DNA of 64,000 nt from Nitrospira sp. (lineage in GTDB: Bacteria > Nitrospirota > Nitrospiria > Nitrospirales > Nitrospiraceae). A program made the translations under genes and the position numbers. Within the stretch, counting starts at the first letter, position 1; each line of letters opens with the position of its first letter. Below, piece after piece: positions 28,267 to 38,582 of this stretch. Where the stretch lies: positions 3,200,001 through 3,264,000 of the forward strand of contig AP038806.1 in the NCBI GenBank assembly GCA_047150005.1. The letters run 5' to 3'. The notes beneath the pieces were generated by a model. That model had not been told where the DNA came from. It ran no database searches and saw nothing but the letters and a program-made list of their open reading frames with translations.

Positions 28267-29256
28267 ATGAGTGCGACGGCGAGTCGACAGATCGGAATCG
28301 GCTTGATCGGCGTGGGACGGCACGGGCGCCGGTACTTGGATCATCTGCGGACCGATGTGCCGGAGGCCTGCGTCGTGGCGGTCTGTCGAAAGAGGACGGA
28401 TATGCCGGCGACCGGCGCATTGGCCGGCCTTTCCGTCTATGCCGATTATCACGAATTGATCGCCGACCCGCTGGTGCAGGCGCTGGTGGTCGTCACGCTG
28501 CCTTCGTTATGTCCGGAGATTTGCCTGGCGGCGGCGGCGGCCGGCAAACCATTGCTCATTGAGAAGCCGCTGGCGAACTCCGGTGCGGAAGCCCGGGCGA
28601 TGGTGCGAGCGGTGGAGCGGGCCGGCGTCCTGTTGATGACCGCCCACACCATGCGGTTCGATCCCACGGTGCTTTCGGCGAAGGCGCAGTTGCGGGCAAT
28701 CGGCCCGCTTCGACTGGTCGATCTGGTCAATCATGTGGATTCGGCGGGGAGCCTTGCGTCCCGTTCCTCCGGCGCTGCTGCTCCCGGAGCGCTGCTCGAA
28801 ATCGGCGTGCATTTGCTGGACCTCGTTCGGTTTTTTACCGGGGAGGAAGTGGCTGAAGTACGGTGTCGGCTGGATCGGCCGGTCGGTGCGGCGGAAGCGG
28901 CCGCGCAGGCGGTGCTGCGAACCTCCGCTGGCGCGGTCTGTTCCATCGATGCCGCCCGCGTCGATGCAAAGCGGGTCGGGACCATGCGCTGGGAGGGAAC
29001 AGAGGGAACGGTGACCGCGGATTGGGTTCAACGGACTGTGACCTGCCGGATCGGACGGGAGCCCCAGCGCCAGTGGACGGTCGCGGCGTCGCCGACCATC
29101 GTCGCCGTCCTGCGCGCCTTCATTCACGCAATCAAGACGAAGACGATACCGCCCGTGACGGGACTGGACGGCTGTCGAGCCGTCGAATTGGCGGACGCCT
29201 GCTATCGATCAGCCGCGCTGGGTGGAGCTGCTGTTTCGTTGGAGGAGTCGCCCTGA
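28267..29256 (+). CDS. Gfo/Idh/MocA family oxidoreductase
   Basis: GLIGVGRHG, IEKPLA, RFDP, EIGVHLLD. Confidence 0.9.
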   Translation: MSATASRQIGIGLIGVGRHGRRYLDHLRTDVPEACVVAVCRKRTDMPATGALAGLSVYADYHELIADPLVQALVVVTLPSLCPEICLAAAAAGKPLLIEKPLANSGAEARAMVRAVERAGVLLMTAHTMRFDPTVLSAKAQLRAIGPLRLVDLVNHVDSAGSLASRSSGAAAPGALLEIGVHLLDLVRFFTGEEVAEVRCRLDRPVGAAEAAAQAVLRTSAGAVCSIDAARVDAKRVGTMRWEGTEGTVTADWVQRTVTCRIGREPQRQWTVAASPTIVAVLRAFIHAIKTKTIPPVTGLDGCRAVELADACYRSAALGGAAVSLEESP

Positions 29257-29285
29257 CGCCGTCGCGCCGTCGGCGTGGGACGCGT

Positions 29286-29522
29286 TTACGTATCGGCCAC
29301 GATGTGGGTGTCCGTTTCCTCGACGCCCTCGATCTGGTGAATTTTCGTGATGACGACATCGGACAAGGCGCGTTCGTCGTTGACGCTGATAAACACGAAG
29401 ATATCCGGTTGTCCGAAACAGGAATGCGCCTGTTCCACGCCGGTCAACCGTTTGAGAGATTGGAGCACGTCCTTGGTTTTGCCGGCTTTCACTTTGATCA
29501 AGATATAGGCCTTGGTTGCCAT
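29286..29522 (-). CDS. Stand-alone Lrp/AsnC ligand-binding (RAM) domain protein
   Basis: KAYILIKV...GQPDIFV...KIHQIEGVEETDTHI; AGGAGG RBS. Confidence 0.85.
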   Translation of the reverse strand: MATKAYILIKVKAGKTKDVLQSLKRLTGVEQAHSCFGQPDIFVFISVNDERALSDVVITKIHQIEGVEETDTHIVADT

Positions 29523-29544
29523 GGTCCCCCTCCTTGTGTCGTCG

Positions 29545-30099
29545 TCATGATCTCCCTCCCGGCATGTCCCGCCGGCGTTCGGCGAACACTTCCTCGATAT
29601 CCCGTCCTCTATTCTGATATTCGCGACGAGCCTGATCGAACAGTCCGGTCAAAAAGTCAAAATCCTGCAGTGTGAGGTTGAAGCGGGCGAAGCCGGCGGT
29701 CAACCTCTCCAGATCGACCGGATCGGCTGAGTGCCGGCGTGCCGCGAGCGCCGCAAGCACCGCCGCCGTCCAACCGGTTTTGACAAAGGCAGCGTCCGCC
29801 TGTGCCGCTTGCACCTCTCCGAAGTGCATGACCAACGCCTGATGAAAGAATTCGCGAACGGCCGGGTCGGTGCTTTTCATGAAGACCGATTGAAATTGAA
29901 TGACGACCCTGATGACATGGTTAGCTTCCGGCGTCCCCTCGGGGGGCAGGACTCGGGCGTCTTCCAGCGTGGCGAGCAGAGCCATGGCGGCTCCCACATG
30001 TTGCGAAGGGGTCGGATGTTGCGCTGAGGCGGACGCAGCGGAGAGGACCATCGTGGTGCCGGCGATTTCTGAAAGCAGGAGTCCGGTTCGGATCAGCAT
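29545..30099 (-). CDS. Hypothetical exported protein
   Basis: Leader peptide and helical body; TATAAT 6 nt before the ATG. Confidence 0.6.
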   Translation of the reverse strand: MLIRTGLLLSEIAGTTMVLSAASASAQHPTPSQHVGAAMALLATLEDARVLPPEGTPEANHVIRVVIQFQSVFMKSTDPAVREFFHQALVMHFGEVQAAQADAAFVKTGWTAAVLAALAARRHSADPVDLERLTAGFARFNLTLQDFDFLTGLFDQARREYQNRGRDIEEVFAERRRDMPGGRS

Positions 30100-30262
30100 G
30101 GGCGGATTATACAGAAGTCGATGAGTTCTGGAATCACTGGTTCGGCGGCGGGCTACCCGGTCTCCTCCTCGCCTGCGTGAGAAACTTCAAAGAGGTTCAT
30201 GAATCCATTTATTATTGTGTCGATAAATGGAATCATTTCACTGTATTTACAAGATGTTATGG

Positions 30263-30291
30263 TTGCACAGCGTGAGCATGATTTCTATAAT
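30263..30291 (+). promoter_or_regulatory. Putative sigma70 promoter of comM
   Basis: TTGCAC-N17-TATAAT preceded by an AT-rich tract. Confidence 0.7.
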
Positions 30292-30335
30292 CCTCTCAGC
30301 ATCGCGCACGGTCCAAGGAGAGGACAAACCTGGTC

Positions 30336-31865
30336 ATGTTGGCGAAAGTGCTGAGCGTGGCGCTTGTCGGACTCGACGCGCATCTCATCGAAGTGGAGGT
30401 GGATATTGCGGGCGGGCTCCCGCAATTTTCAGTCGTCGGTCTTCCTGATGCGACGGTTCGCGAGAGCCGGGACCGGGTACGATCCGCGCTCAAAAACACC
30501 GGCTTTCACTTTCCGGCCAAGAAGATCACCGTCAATCTGGCGCCGGCAGACGTGAAGAAGGAGGGAGCCGGTCTGGATCTGGCCATCGCCATCGGGATCC
30601 TGGTGGCCGAGGAACTCGTACCCGCCGACCGTGTCCTCCGCCGTGTGCTGGTCGGAGAGCTGTCGCTGGATGGGCACATCAAGCCGGTTCCCGGCGCGCT
30701 CTCCATCGGGATCGCCTGCGGCCGTGAGTATAGTCTGCTTCTGCCGGCGCGCAACGGCAATGAAGCTGCCATGGTGGCCGGCGTCGTCGTCTACCCGGTT
30801 CATACGCTTCCTGAAGCGGTCGGATTTCTGCGCGGGACTCAGTCGATTGAGCCGGTAGTGGCGGATCGGGTCAGGTGTGATGCCGCTCGACCGACGGACG
30901 ACGAGGATTACGGTGATGTCAAAGGGCAGGCCCATGCGAAACGGGCTTTGGAAATTGCGGCAGCCGGAGAACATAATGTGTTGATGGTCGGGCCGCCCGG
31001 CTCGGGGAAGACGATGTTGGCGAAGCGGCTGCCGACGATCCTGCCTCTGATGGAGCCGGATGAGGCGATCGAAACCACCCGCATTCACAGCGTCGCTGCG
31101 CAATTGCCCGTCGGAAGCCCATTGTTGAGCGTTCGACCGTTCAGAGCGCCCCATCACAGTATTTCGGACGCAGGGTTGATCGGCGGAGGAACGGTTCCCC
31201 GTCCGGGTGAAGTATCGCTGGCTCACAACGGCATCCTGTTCCTGGACGAGTCGCCGGAATTCCGCCGGCCCGTGCTGGACGCTTTGCGTCAGCCGCTGGA
31301 GGACGGGCACGTGACCCTGACAAGGGTCAGCGGGTCGTTGCGGTATCCCGCCCGGTTCATGTTGGTCGCAGCCATGAATCCCTGTCCTTGCGGCTACTAT
31401 GGTGACCGATCGAAAGATTGCCTGTGTACTCCCCAGCAGATCCGACGATATCGAGCCAAGCTCTCCGGGCCGTTACAGGATCGGATCGACATTCACATCG
31501 AAGTTCCCGCGGTTCCGGTTCATGAATTTCACGACCGCGGGGCCGAACCCGAATCCTCCTCCGCCATCCGCACCAGGGTGCTCGAGGCGAGGACCCGACA
31601 ATCCGCGCGATATCGCGACGACGGCATCCACAGCAATGCCCAGTTGAAGCCGAGGCTGGTGAAGCGGTATTGTGGCTTGGATCATTCGGGACGGGAGCTG
31701 CTGGAGCGGGCCATGGTCAGGCTCGGCTTGTCGGCGAGGGCGCATGGTCGGATTCTTCGTGTTGCCCGGACCATTGCGGATCTGGCCGGCTGTGAGCGGA
31801 TCGACTCCGTGCACGTGGCGGAAGCGATTCAGTATCGAAGCCTGGATCGTCGCGTGGAGCTTTGA
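30336..31865 (+). CDS. comM: ComM/YifB family AAA+ ATPase (Mg chelatase-related)
   Basis: VGLPD, NLAPADVKKEG, GPPGSGKT, RAPHHS, AAMNPCPCG. Confidence 0.93.
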   Translation: MLAKVLSVALVGLDAHLIEVEVDIAGGLPQFSVVGLPDATVRESRDRVRSALKNTGFHFPAKKITVNLAPADVKKEGAGLDLAIAIGILVAEELVPADRVLRRVLVGELSLDGHIKPVPGALSIGIACGREYSLLLPARNGNEAAMVAGVVVYPVHTLPEAVGFLRGTQSIEPVVADRVRCDAARPTDDEDYGDVKGQAHAKRALEIAAAGEHNVLMVGPPGSGKTMLAKRLPTILPLMEPDEAIETTRIHSVAAQLPVGSPLLSVRPFRAPHHSISDAGLIGGGTVPRPGEVSLAHNGILFLDESPEFRRPVLDALRQPLEDGHVTLTRVSGSLRYPARFMLVAAMNPCPCGYYGDRSKDCLCTPQQIRRYRAKLSGPLQDRIDIHIEVPAVPVHEFHDRGAEPESSSAIRTRVLEARTRQSARYRDDGIHSNAQLKPRLVKRYCGLDHSGRELLERAMVRLGLSARAHGRILRVARTIADLAGCERIDSVHVAEAIQYRSLDRRVEL

Positions 31866-31874
31866 TCGACAGTC

Positions 31875-32090
31875 ATGGTATCGGCGCTCAAAGTCTTTCT
31901 GTGGTGGTTCGTGATCGGCGCGACGATGGCCTTGGCGGTCATCATGCTGCAAGGGGGCATTCGCGAGGTCATGCAAGCCCAGGGGTCCGTGTGGGAACTG
32001 AAACTGGTCGAATTGTTGACGACGATCATGGGCGGCGGGCTCCTCGGAGGCTGCATCGCCCTGATTCTCGATCGGATCAAGAAGTCCTAG
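31875..32090 (+). CDS. Small two-TM hypothetical protein
   Basis: Two hydrophobic helices; 9 nt after the comM stop. Confidence 0.65.
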   Translation: MVSALKVFLWWFVIGATMALAVIMLQGGIREVMQAQGSVWELKLVELLTTIMGGGLLGGCIALILDRIKKS

Positions 32091-32151
32091 CGAAGAGGGA
32101 CATCGGACATTCGTCGGTCAAGACGAGGGCATGCGAGGACATGAGGGTATT

Positions 32152-32580
32152 ATGATGGATATGGAAATCGGTTCGAATGTGTACCGCAACACGAACGGCA
32201 CGATTGAGATCGAGGGGATTCCGCAGATTCAAATTGAACTGAAGGAACCTTCCAAAGCCATGCTGGTCAGTTTTGCGCTGTTCGATTCCAACGGCAAGAT
32301 GATCGCCAAATTGGTGGACAGCACGCTAACGTTCAACGAGCGGCGTGCGTATGAACTTGACAGGACACCTACGCGTCTGACCCTGACTCATTCGGAATCG
32401 AAGAACGTCGTACTGCAGATCGATGTGAAGTCCCCGGATCAGGTCGTGTTCAGCAAAGCGGGGTTCCATTCGATCAAGGGACACCTCTTGGAGGTCTCGG
32501 CCAAAGAATGGAAGATTGACCGGCAGAAGAGCAGCGGAGCCACCCACGACGTGAGCGGCGGCTCGGTCAAGATCGGCTAG
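32152..32580 (+). CDS. Hypothetical protein
   Basis: Coding-like composition, beta-rich; GAGGG upstream of ATG 32152. Confidence 0.65.
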   Translation: MMDMEIGSNVYRNTNGTIEIEGIPQIQIELKEPSKAMLVSFALFDSNGKMIAKLVDSTLTFNERRAYELDRTPTRLTLTHSESKNVVLQIDVKSPDQVVFSKAGFHSIKGHLLEVSAKEWKIDRQKSSGATHDVSGGSVKIG

Positions 32581-35182
32581 CCGGCCCTTCCGGTCCCGCC
32601 AACGGCACGATCACGATCCGGTCGGCTTTGAGATCCACCGCCGCGGTATCGCCGTCCCGCAATTCCCCCTTGACCAGTTGCCGCGCGATCGGCGTTTCGA
32701 TTTCCTGCTGAATCAGCCGTTTGAGCGGGCGGGCTCCGTAGACTGGGTCATAGCCCCGCTTGCCCAACTGTTCGAGAGCCCCCGGCGCGATCGTCAGGGT
32801 GATACGCCGCTCGCCCAATCTCAGCCGCAATCGCTCCAGCTGAATGTCCACGATCTTGGTGAGTTGATCGCTCTCCAGCGCGTGAAAGACGACGGTCTCA
32901 TCGACCCGGTTCAGGAACTCCGGCCGGAAGTGCCGTCGCAGCTCGCCCATGACCATGTCCCGCACTTCCTCGTAGGTCGATCGTTTCCGCTGGGCCTCCA
33001 GGATCTGCGGGCTCCCGATGTTGGATGTCATGATGAGTACGGTATTCTTGAAGTCGACCGTCCTCCCTTGCGAGTCGGTGAGCCGCCCGTCGTCCAAGAC
33101 CTGAAGGAGCACGTTGAAGACGTCGTGGTGGGCTTTCTCGATCTCGTCGAAGAGAATCACCGAGAACGGACGCCGGCGAACGGCTTCGGTCAGTTGGCCG
33201 CCCTCTTCGTATCCGACATAGCCTGGCGGAGCGCCGATCAACCTGGCGACCGTGTGCTTTTCCATGTACTCCGACATGTCGATACGGATCAGATTGGCCT
33301 CGTCGTCGAACAGGGTCGCGGCCAGTGCCCGAGCGAGCTCCGTCTTGCCGACCCCGGTCGGACCGAGGAACAAGAATGAGCCGATGGGCCGATTCGGATC
33401 CTTGATGCCGGAGCGCGCGCGCAGCACGGCGTCGGCCACGGCCTGAACCGCTTCATCCTGTCCGACGACGCGCTGATGGAGCAGCTCTTCGAGCTTCAGC
33501 AGCTTTTCCATCTCGCCTTCGATGAGCCTGGATACCGGAATGCCGGTCCAACGGCTGACGATCGCGGCAATATCGTCTTCGTCGACTTCTTCCTTTAACA
33601 GGCGGCTTTCGCCTTGCTTCTTTCCGAGTTGTTGCTGCTCGATGGCCAGCTCTCGTTCGAGCCGCGGCAGTTCACCATAGCGCAATTCGGCGACCCGATT
33701 GAGATCGTAAGCCCGCTCGGCCTTTTCGATGGCGAGCTTGACTTCTTCGATGGCTTCTCTGGTCTTTCGCAGACGCGAGACCGACGCCTTTTCCGAATCC
33801 CATCTGGTTTTCAGAGCCTGAAGGTCTCGTTGTTTCTCCTGGAGTTCCTGCTCCAGCGTCGCCAGGCGGGCCTGACTGGCCTGATCCTTTTCCCTTCGCA
33901 ATGCCTCGCGTTCGATCTCCAACTGAAGGACCTTCCGGGACACTTCATCCAGTTCGGCCGGTAGACTGTCGATTTCCGTCCGTAGGCGGGCGGCGGCCTC
34001 ATCGACGAGATCGATGGCCTTGTCTGGAAGGAAACGATCCGCGATATAACGATGCGAGAGCTTGGCCGCTGCGACTAGCGCGGCGTCCTTGATCCGGACG
34101 CCGTGGTGCACTTCGTACCGTTCTTTCAATCCGCGAAGGATGGAGATGGTGTCCTCAACGGTAGGCTGATCGACCAGCACGGTCTGGAAACGGCGCTCCA
34201 ACGCGGCGTCTTTCTCGATGTGCTTGCGGTACTCATCCAATGTCGTGGCGCCGATCAAATGAAGCTCGCCGCGGGCCAGCATCGGCTTCAGCAGGTTGGC
34301 GGCGTCCATCGCGCCTTCCGCTGCTCCCGCGCCGACCACCGTGTGCAGCTCGTCGATGAACAGCAGGACTTGTCCCTGCGATGCCTGGATCTCCTTGAGG
34401 ACCGCCTTGAGGCGCTCTTCGAATTCGCCGCGGAACTTGGCGCCGGCTACGAGGGCGCCCATGTCGAGGACCACGACCCGTTTGTGTTTGAGTCCCTCGG
34501 GGACGTCGCCTTTGACGATGCGGATGGCCAACCCTTCGACGATGGCGGTTTTTCCGACGCCGGGTTCCCCGATCAACACCGGATTGTTCTTGGTACGACG
34601 GGACAGGATCTGGATGACCCGGCGGATTTCCTCGTCACGTCCGATGACGGGGTCCAATTTACCCTGCCCGGCCAGCTTCGTAAGGTCTCGACCGTATTTT
34701 TCAAGCGACTGATAGGTGCCTTCCGGATCTTGGCTGGTGACGCGCTGATTGCCCCGCACCTGCTGGAGCGCGCTCAGCAATCGTTCTCGCGAGAGGCCCA
34801 GTTTCTTGAGGACGCCGCCCTCCTGCACCATGGCCAGCAGCACATGCTCGACGCTGAGATAATCGTCCTTCAGCGCCCGCTGCTCCTCTTCGGCCTTCGT
34901 CAACACCTGATTGAGCCTGGGCGTGATGTGCAACTGCCCTGGCCCGCCGCCCACCCCCTGGACCTGAGGCATCTTCGAGAGCGCCTGCTCGGCTGCCTGC
35001 TTGACGGCTTGCACGGAGACGCCGGCCTGTTCGCACAGGGTGGGGACGATGCCGCCGTCTTGTTCCAACAAGGCCAGCAACAGGTGTTCGACGTCCATAC
35101 CCTGGTGATTCCGCCTCATGGCCTGGGAGGACGCGGATTGTAAGGCTTCCTGAAGCTTGATCGTGGCGCGATTCATATCCAT
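32567..35182 (-). CDS. clpB: ATP-dependent chaperone ClpB
   Basis: Clp-N repeats, GEPGVGKT, coiled-coil M domain, [15 protein letters not shown]. Confidence 0.98.
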   Translation of the reverse strand: MDMNRATIKLQEALQSASSQAMRRNHQGMDVEHLLLALLEQDGGIVPTLCEQAGVSVQAVKQAAEQALSKMPQVQGVGGGPGQLHITPRLNQVLTKAEEEQRALKDDYLSVEHVLLAMVQEGGVLKKLGLSRERLLSALQQVRGNQRVTSQDPEGTYQSLEKYGRDLTKLAGQGKLDPVIGRDEEIRRVIQILSRRTKNNPVLIGEPGVGKTAIVEGLAIRIVKGDVPEGLKHKRVVVLDMGALVAGAKFRGEFEERLKAVLKEIQASQGQVLLFIDELHTVVGAGAAEGAMDAANLLKPMLARGELHLIGATTLDEYRKHIEKDAALERRFQTVLVDQPTVEDTISILRGLKERYEVHHGVRIKDAALVAAAKLSHRYIADRFLPDKAIDLVDEAAARLRTEIDSLPAELDEVSRKVLQLEIEREALRREKDQASQARLATLEQELQEKQRDLQALKTRWDSEKASVSRLRKTREAIEEVKLAIEKAERAYDLNRVAELRYGELPRLERELAIEQQQLGKKQGESRLLKEEVDEDDIAAIVSRWTGIPVSRLIEGEMEKLLKLEELLHQRVVGQDEAVQAVADAVLRARSGIKDPNRPIGSFLFLGPTGVGKTELARALAATLFDDEANLIRIDMSEYMEKHTVARLIGAPPGYVGYEEGGQLTEAVRRRPFSVILFDEIEKAHHDVFNVLLQVLDDGRLTDSQGRTVDFKNTVLIMTSNIGSPQILEAQRKRSTYEEVRDMVMGELRRHFRPEFLNRVDETVVFHALESDQLTKIVDIQLERLRLRLGERRITLTIAPGALEQLGKRGYDPVYGARPLKRLIQQEIETPIARQLVKGELRDGDTAAVDLKADRIVIVPLAGPEGPASRS

Positions 35183-35307
35183 AGGGGGCGTCTCCTCCGT
35201 CCGAATGCCTCTCTGCCTTCACATAATCACGCGGCTTCCCCAAGTCAATGCCTTGAAACTGCGCCTCCGCTTGACCCGTCGGCCCCGGCCTCGCTATTGT
35301 CGCCTTC

Positions 35308-36138
35308 ATGGCTGAACTGGTGACCGCGACCGTCGATCTCTACCGGCAGGCTCTCCGAAAGACCTGGCAATCGCTCGTCCGAGGGTGGATCATCATGGTG
35401 GCCCTCGTCGGATTCATGGTTATCTTGGCGGTGACTACCCAGTTGGCGGGACCGCTGGGAGTGGCCGGCGGGTTTCTCCTTGGAGCGGTTAATGCCCTGC
35501 TCGTGGGCGCCGTCCTCAGTTTGATCGAGCAATCGATCTCCTACGGCCGCACCCTGACGTTGCAGGATGTGTTCGACAGTTTCGGCCGGTACTTCTGGGA
35601 TGTCATCGGGGTCGGATTTGTCCTCTGGCTACCCTTATTGGCGCTGGAGCTGGGAACGCAAACCAATCCGTACGGCCCGTTTTTTTCCTATGCGGTACTG
35701 CTGCTGCTGTTCCTTCTCCTGAATCCCGCTCCCGAGGTCATCTATCAGGTTCATCATGATTCTCCACTCGATGTCATGAAGACCTCGTATGAGTTCGTCC
35801 TGGAGAATTGGATGGAATGGTTCCTGCCCATTGCCCTGCTTCTGCTGCCGATCGTGCTATCGCCCGCCGGCGTTCGGGAGGTTTTTTCCCTGTCGAGTCG
35901 TGCGGGGAGGGGAGCGGGGTTGGATTTTTTTCAGCTTCTGGTCCTTCCGTTCACGATCCTGGGGGGGTGGCTCGACTATCTCGGGATGCCCTCGGCAATG
36001 AGTTGGTATCTGATGTTGCTGCTGACGCCTCCTACGGCGGTCGGCATGCTGCTCTTTCGAGGCCACCTTTTTGCATTATTATCCAGCTCCTCCCGTCGTC
36101 AACGGCGTTTCGCTTCCCAGCACTATCGGGGCGAGTAA
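35308..36138 (+). CDS. Multi-TM hypothetical membrane protein
   Basis: About 6-7 hydrophobic segments; divergent from clpB. Confidence 0.75.
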   Translation: MAELVTATVDLYRQALRKTWQSLVRGWIIMVALVGFMVILAVTTQLAGPLGVAGGFLLGAVNALLVGAVLSLIEQSISYGRTLTLQDVFDSFGRYFWDVIGVGFVLWLPLLALELGTQTNPYGPFFSYAVLLLLFLLLNPAPEVIYQVHHDSPLDVMKTSYEFVLENWMEWFLPIALLLLPIVLSPAGVREVFSLSSRAGRGAGLDFFQLLVLPFTILGGWLDYLGMPSAMSWYLMLLLTPPTAVGMLLFRGHLFALLSSSSRRQRRFASQHYRGE

Positions 36139-36331
36139 ATTTCACCAGCATCGAGACGGCCCGACGACGAGGAACGGCCTTGCTCTCCGGTGATCGGGCT
36201 TCCTCGAGCCGCTCCCGGCAAGGTCCAAGTTTTTTCTATTTTGCCTTGAGATGCACGACGGGATAGTGTATGGAATTGCCTACACCTGATTCAATTTCCT
36301 TGGCTCTTCCTGGTACGTAAGGGCAACGCTC

Positions 36332-37804
36332 ATGCATCTATCGATCTTCTGGCGGATCGTGCTGACCTCCCTGCTCATCATCGTGGTGATGGGAGGGGTG
36401 AATCTCTATGCCCTGTTCCAACTCCGACAACTCTCTGCCCTGAGTACCAGCATGGCCGGCCACCATTACCCGGCGATCGAAGCGGCGAAGCGCTTGCTGA
36501 CGCTGGCCTACGTCCAACTCAACAGCGAAAAAAAGTACCTCGCCGTGCGTGACGATACATTCCTCAAGCATCTGGACGAAGAGGTCGACGAGTTTCGTCG
36601 GGGCATGACGGCCCTGGCTGCCCAGGAACTTTCTCTGGAAGGACTGCAGCTCTTAGAACATGTCCAACGGCTCCAGCAAGAGCGCTTAGGCATGTTGAAC
36701 GTCGAACTGGAACAGCCCGTCAAGGGCAAGGGAGGCGCGTCTCCGGACTATGAGAGCCGTCGAGATCTGGTGATGGACCAGATGACGACGACGCTCCAAC
36801 ATTACGTTGATTTTCACGAATCCGGCATCAGCGCGGGGGTCCGGCGTTCCCGCGAAAGCTCGGCGCAGGCGGAGGCCGTGACGGAACAATTGGTCCTGCT
36901 GGCCCTGTTGTTCGGCATCGGGCTCGCCAGCATCGCAAGCTACACGATTCTACAGCCGTTGCGCCAACTCCAAAGTCACATCAAGCAAATCGGGCGGGGG
37001 AATTTTCGGGAGTCGTTGAACATTCGCGCTCCCAGCGAGCTCCGCAGCTTGGTGGACACGGTGAATTGGATGGGAGGCAAGCTTCAAGAACTTGACGATA
37101 TGAAGGGGGAGTTTCTCGCCCACGTGTCCCACGAACTCAGGACGCCTATGGCCTCGATCCAGGAAGGCACGCATCTGCTCCTGGACGAGATTCCCGGACC
37201 CCTCCAACCGGAACAGCGCACAACCTTACGGATCATGGCCGACAGCAGTCGCCGGCTGATTCACTTGATTTCGACCATTCTCGATCTGTCCAAGATGGAC
37301 GCCGGTATGATGGAATACCGCATCGTCTCCTCGGATCTGCGACGGATCGCCGACATCTCCGTGAGCAAGATTCGATTGCTTGCGGATGCTAAGCACGTTC
37401 AACTGGTCGTGGAGTCCCCCGCACAGCGGGTCTGGGTGAAGGCGGACGCCATTCGTATTGAGCAGGTCCTCGACAATCTGCTATCAAATGCCTTGAAGTT
37501 CAGTCCGGAAGGAGGCATTGTTAAGATTCACATGCGGCCGGACATGAAGGCCGGGGTCCTGGAGGTCTCGGTATCCGACGTGGGTCCCGGCGTCCCTCCC
37601 GACGAATTGCCGCACATCTTCGAGCGATTCTACCAGGGGCGTCAAAAAGGCAAGCAGGTGCTTCCCGGGAGCGGCCTGGGTTTGGCCCTCGCCAAGAAGG
37701 TGGTTGAAGCGCACGGAGGACGGATTTGGATCGAAAGCGAGTTGAAGAAGGGAACGACTGTACGGTTTATCCTACGCCTTACCAAACGCGCGGGGGCGGC
37801 ATGA
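36332..37804 (+). CDS. Membrane sensor histidine kinase with HAMP domain (QseE/GlrK-like)
   Basis: 2 TM, periplasmic helical domain, HAMP, HVSHELRTP, NLLSNALKF, GSGLGL. Confidence 0.92.
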   Translation: MHLSIFWRIVLTSLLIIVVMGGVNLYALFQLRQLSALSTSMAGHHYPAIEAAKRLLTLAYVQLNSEKKYLAVRDDTFLKHLDEEVDEFRRGMTALAAQELSLEGLQLLEHVQRLQQERLGMLNVELEQPVKGKGGASPDYESRRDLVMDQMTTTLQHYVDFHESGISAGVRRSRESSAQAEAVTEQLVLLALLFGIGLASIASYTILQPLRQLQSHIKQIGRGNFRESLNIRAPSELRSLVDTVNWMGGKLQELDDMKGEFLAHVSHELRTPMASIQEGTHLLLDEIPGPLQPEQRTTLRIMADSSRRLIHLISTILDLSKMDAGMMEYRIVSSDLRRIADISVSKIRLLADAKHVQLVVESPAQRVWVKADAIRIEQVLDNLLSNALKFSPEGGIVKIHMRPDMKAGVLEVSVSDVGPGVPPDELPHIFERFYQGRQKGKQVLPGSGLGLALAKKVVEAHGGRIWIESELKKGTTVRFILRLTKRAGAA

Positions 37805-38574
37805 GGACCCTGACGCTCAGGGCGATGGCCTGCCTGATCCTGTCCGGCTGCGCGTCTTGGGCTCCGGAGCCGTCACGGACGCAACCCTATTTTACGGTCG
37901 ATCCGGCGGATGCGAAAACCATCCATGCCTTGGCCAAGAAGCAGGACGCGGTGATCGCAAGGTGCGCTGAACATAATACTTGCGACCATGCCTATTTCAG
38001 CCGCGCGCTGATGAGCCTCTATGAGAGTCACGACGCGGCGGTGAAAAACTTCGAGAAAGTGATTGCAGCTGCCCCTCGCAGTCAATTGGCTTCGTCGAGC
38101 CGGCTATGGCTGCAGTTGTTGCAGCAATATCCCACGCCGAACGATCGTTCCTGGTTCTCGTCCGTTATGGGGGCCCCTGCGGTCTCCGAAGGACAAGTTG
38201 TCCTAGGCCAGGCATCCGATCGGCTGGTGCGGGACTTGCTTGATCGGGAACTGGTCATTCAGCAATTGCGGGCGACCCGGGATGCCGACGCGCAAGTGCT
38301 GGAACAACTGCAGCGGGACCTGGCCGACCGTGACCGGAAGGCCGATGCGCTGATCGGCAACAAGAAGGAATCGCAGAAAGCGCCGGTCGAGAGCGGAACG
38401 ATCCAATCCTTGCAGAAGCAGTTGGCCGAGCGGGAGAAGAAGATCGACGAACTGTACAATCAACTCGAGGCTCTCAAACGTATCGATCAGGAAACGCGAG
38501 AGAAGATTCGGCCGATTCGTCCACCCTCAACGGTGGCGCCGCTGCCGACCCCTGAGCCGACGGCACCCCAGTAA
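37801..38574 (+). CDS. Helical/coiled-coil lipoprotein (QseG-like position)
   Basis: LSGC lipobox, ATGA overlap with the kinase, C-terminal QLEALKRIDQE coiled coil. Confidence 0.75.
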   Translation: MRTLTLRAMACLILSGCASWAPEPSRTQPYFTVDPADAKTIHALAKKQDAVIARCAEHNTCDHAYFSRALMSLYESHDAAVKNFEKVIAAAPRSQLASSSRLWLQLLQQYPTPNDRSWFSSVMGAPAVSEGQVVLGQASDRLVRDLLDRELVIQQLRATRDADAQVLEQLQRDLADRDRKADALIGNKKESQKAPVESGTIQSLQKQLAEREKKIDELYNQLEALKRIDQETREKIRPIRPPSTVAPLPTPEPTAPQ

Positions 38575-38582
38575 AGGACACC

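Noticed and set aside
36169..36185. AGGAACGGCCTTGCT as a sigma54 promoter for a GlmY-like sRNA
   Set aside because: GG-to-GC spacing is 9 rather than the strict 10, and no GlmY-like sequence was recognised
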